From Minisyncoccota bacterium (GTDB lineage: Bacteria; Patescibacteriota; Minisyncoccia; Phycocordibacterales; Phycocordibacteraceae): DNA of 64,000 bases. Where the stretch lies: assembly GCA_035547315.1 (NCBI GenBank), contig DASZVH010000004.1, forward strand, positions 12,107 to 76,106, in the 5' to 3' direction. The notes under the pieces are model-generated. The model had not been told where the DNA came from and searched no databases. It saw only the letters and a program-made list of their open reading frames with translations. Below are positions 62,162-64,000 of this stretch, one piece after another (position 1 is the first letter of the stretch; each line of letters starts with the position of its first letter). Made by a program: the position numbers and the translations under genes.

Positions 62162-62240
62162 GGCTTAGCCTTGCTCAGGAAGAGGTCGGAGAAGATGCCG
62201 GGAATCGGCGGTGAAGGGGAGGCGGCGCTATACTGATGGC

Positions 62241-63308
62241 ATGCAATTCCTCGCTTCGCTTTTTGCCGGCATCGCGGCGCTTGTCGGTTCTTGGTTCTCT
62301 CGCCCGGCGCCGCAGGCGCCCGTCGCGGTGCCGGCACCGCAAGAAGCGCCGGCGAGCACGAGCACGGAAGCGGGCGCGAAGACGAACGCACCGGGGAGCG
62401 CGGCGCCCGCAGCGGGCGCCGCGTCCTCGACCCCGGCACCGGCAGCCGACGCGCTCCCCGCGGGCTCCGCCTGGCTCTCCGCGCTGCCGCTCGGGGATTA
62501 TCAGTATTCGACGAGCGGCCCCGCGGCGGGGAAGGTCTATCTCTGCCACATCGCTACCGGCGGCGGCGGCGCAAAGGGCAGCGCGAGCTGGATCTCGGGC
62601 GAGGAGTGGTACCCCGCCGAGAAAGTCGCGGTCGAGGGCGCGGCCTCCTGGCCGGACGCCTCCTACCATATGAGCATCTCCGGCTCGACCCGCACGATCA
62701 CGAGCAACGGCGAGCCGACCGACCATGCGACCGGCATCTTCCCGATACGGAAGTCCGACCCCGCGTACCAATTCGACGCGAACCCGAACACGATCACGCC
62801 GCAGAGCTACGACTTCTCCTTCCCGGCATACCCCTCCTTCGCCAGTTCGCCGCAGTGCATCTTCGGGGAGGTCGGCATCATGAACGACGGCGTGCCGCTC
62901 TTCGACGGCTTCGACGCCGAGTATCGCGACGCGCTCGCGCACGAGACCCAGGACGCATGGGAGGGGCACCCGGACGAGAGCGGCGTCTACCACAATCACG
63001 GCTTCGAGGCCGGGCCGGTCAAGGAGCCGGTCTCCACCGTGGTCGGCTTCGCCTTCGACGGGTTCCCCATCACGGGCTCGCTCCTCCCGAGCGGCGCATA
63101 CCTCCACACCGCCGACCTCGACGAGTGCCACGGCCTCACCTCGACCATCACCCTCGACGGCAAAGAGGTTACGACCTACCACTACGTGCTCACGCAGGAT
63201 TTCCCCTACTCCGTCTCCTGCTTCCGCGGCGCTTCCCATGAGCCCAAGCCGGGAGGCGGGCAAGAGGGCGCGCAGCAGCGCCCCGGGCAGCCCCCGCCGC
63301 CGCGGTAG
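62241..63308 (+). CDS. Secreted/anchored YHYH-domain protein
   Basis: 'GVPLF', 'GHPDESGVYHNH', 'GFAFDGFPI.G', 'LDECHG', 'YHYVLT..FPY'. TATACT lies 6 nt before the ATG. Confidence 0.82.
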   Translation: MQFLASLFAGIAALVGSWFSRPAPQAPVAVPAPQEAPASTSTEAGAKTNAPGSAAPAAGAASSTPAPAADALPAGSAWLSALPLGDYQYSTSGPAAGKVYLCHIATGGGGAKGSASWISGEEWYPAEKVAVEGAASWPDASYHMSISGSTRTITSNGEPTDHATGIFPIRKSDPAYQFDANPNTITPQSYDFSFPAYPSFASSPQCIFGEVGIMNDGVPLFDGFDAEYRDALAHETQDAWEGHPDESGVYHNHGFEAGPVKEPVSTVVGFAFDGFPITGSLLPSGAYLHTADLDECHGLTSTITLDGKEVTTYHYVLTQDFPYSVSCFRGASHEPKPGGGQEGAQQRPGQPPPPR

Positions 63309-63359
63309 GGCCGGAGCCGTTTTGCTATACTGGGCGGGCTTATCGATAACTACACGCCT

Positions 63360-63695
63360 ATGCAGAAGTTCATGGTGCTCTATCTCGCCCCGGCGGCCGG
63401 AATGGCCGAGTGGATGCAGAAGCCGGAAACGGAGCGCAAAGAAGAGGAGCGGAAGATGAAAGCCGAGTGGGACTCCTGGATGGCCGCGCACGCGGCGATG
63501 ATCAAGGAGACCAGCGCGGCGGGTAAGACCACGCGCATCACCAAGCAAGGAGTGACGGACGCCGCCAACGACCTCATGCTCTACTCGATCGTCGAGGGCG
63601 ACTCGGCCGAGAGCATCGCCGAGCTCTTCAAGAGCCACCCGCACTTCGGCATCCCGGGTGCCTCCATCGAGGTGATGCCGGTGCGCCCGATGTAG
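63360..63695 (+). CDS. YciI/DGPF-like dimeric alpha-beta barrel protein
   Basis: 'KFMVLY', 'W..W', 'YSIVEGDS', 'HPH..IPGASIEVMP'. Confidence 0.65.
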   Translation: MQKFMVLYLAPAAGMAEWMQKPETERKEEERKMKAEWDSWMAAHAAMIKETSAAGKTTRITKQGVTDAANDLMLYSIVEGDSAESIAELFKSHPHFGIPGASIEVMPVRPM

Positions 63696-63737
63696 CCACG
63701 CGGCTCGCGCGGCCCTTATCGATCTCACTCATTACCT

Positions 63738-63986
63738 ATGGCAGGTTTCGACTTCAACAAAGTGCCCAAGCTCATGGTCGACAGCGCGTCGATCAACTAC
63801 ACGCCGCAGCATTTCCTGCTCGCCTTCAGCTCCGGGCCGGCCGCGAGCGCGTATGTCCTCCCGCCGCCCTTGATGAAGGCGATGCTCGCCGCTTGGAGCG
63901 AGAAGGTCGCCGACTACGAGCGCCAGCACGGCCCGATCGACACCCGCGGCGCCGAGACCGGCATCCAGAGCCCGCTGCAGATGTAG
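63738..63986 (+). CDS. DUF3467-like protein
   Basis: 'INYTPQHFLLAF', 'PPLMKAM', 'YERQHGPI'. Confidence 0.55.
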   Translation: MAGFDFNKVPKLMVDSASINYTPQHFLLAFSSGPAASAYVLPPPLMKAMLAAWSEKVADYERQHGPIDTRGAETGIQSPLQM

Positions 63987-64000
63987 CCGCGGCTCAGGCC

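Noticed and set aside
63688-63995. Two adjacent genes both end GATGTAGCC(AC)GCGGCTC
   Set aside because: Only two short copies at the window edge; not enough to call attC-like cassettes or a repeat family.

Overview
GC-rich bacterial chromosome segment whose gene content and order (minimal housekeeping set, complete type IV pilus/ComF cluster, shortened RF2, -10 boxes abutting start codons, tRNAs mostly without encoded CCA) point to Patescibacteria/CPR (Parcubacteria-like). This assignment is inferred, not searched. Core genes: mutY, rnj, secG, groES/groEL, comF, pilM/N/O/B/T/C with pilins and prepilin peptidase, ligA, gatCA, nrdAB, hisS, prfB, ftsEX, pyrG, ABC transporters and seven tRNAs. 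Two accessory blocks stand out. (1) A four-gene operon at 32457-37650 (PaaK-like adenylate-forming ligase, Acg-type nitroreductase, Rv1355c-type ThiF enzyme, multi-TM histidine kinase) that looks like a signal-synthesis plus receptor module. (2) A lower-GC island of about 11.7 kb at the 3' end of tRNA-Gln(CTG) with a degenerate att repeat, a large serine recombinase, a DUF262+HEPN pair, an AccI-like RM system and an ApbE/FMN-binding/RnfD-FNR flavinylation module. Non-coding signals include DnaA-box-like sites at a fixed distance upstream of three pilus promoters, a shared TTAA-N7-TT(A/C)A promoter on two KGG genes flanking nrdAB, a palindromic in-frame insertion in MutY, tRNA-5'-end-copying hairpin arrays and heptamer tracts. 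All product calls come from motif recognition by eye; no searches were run.
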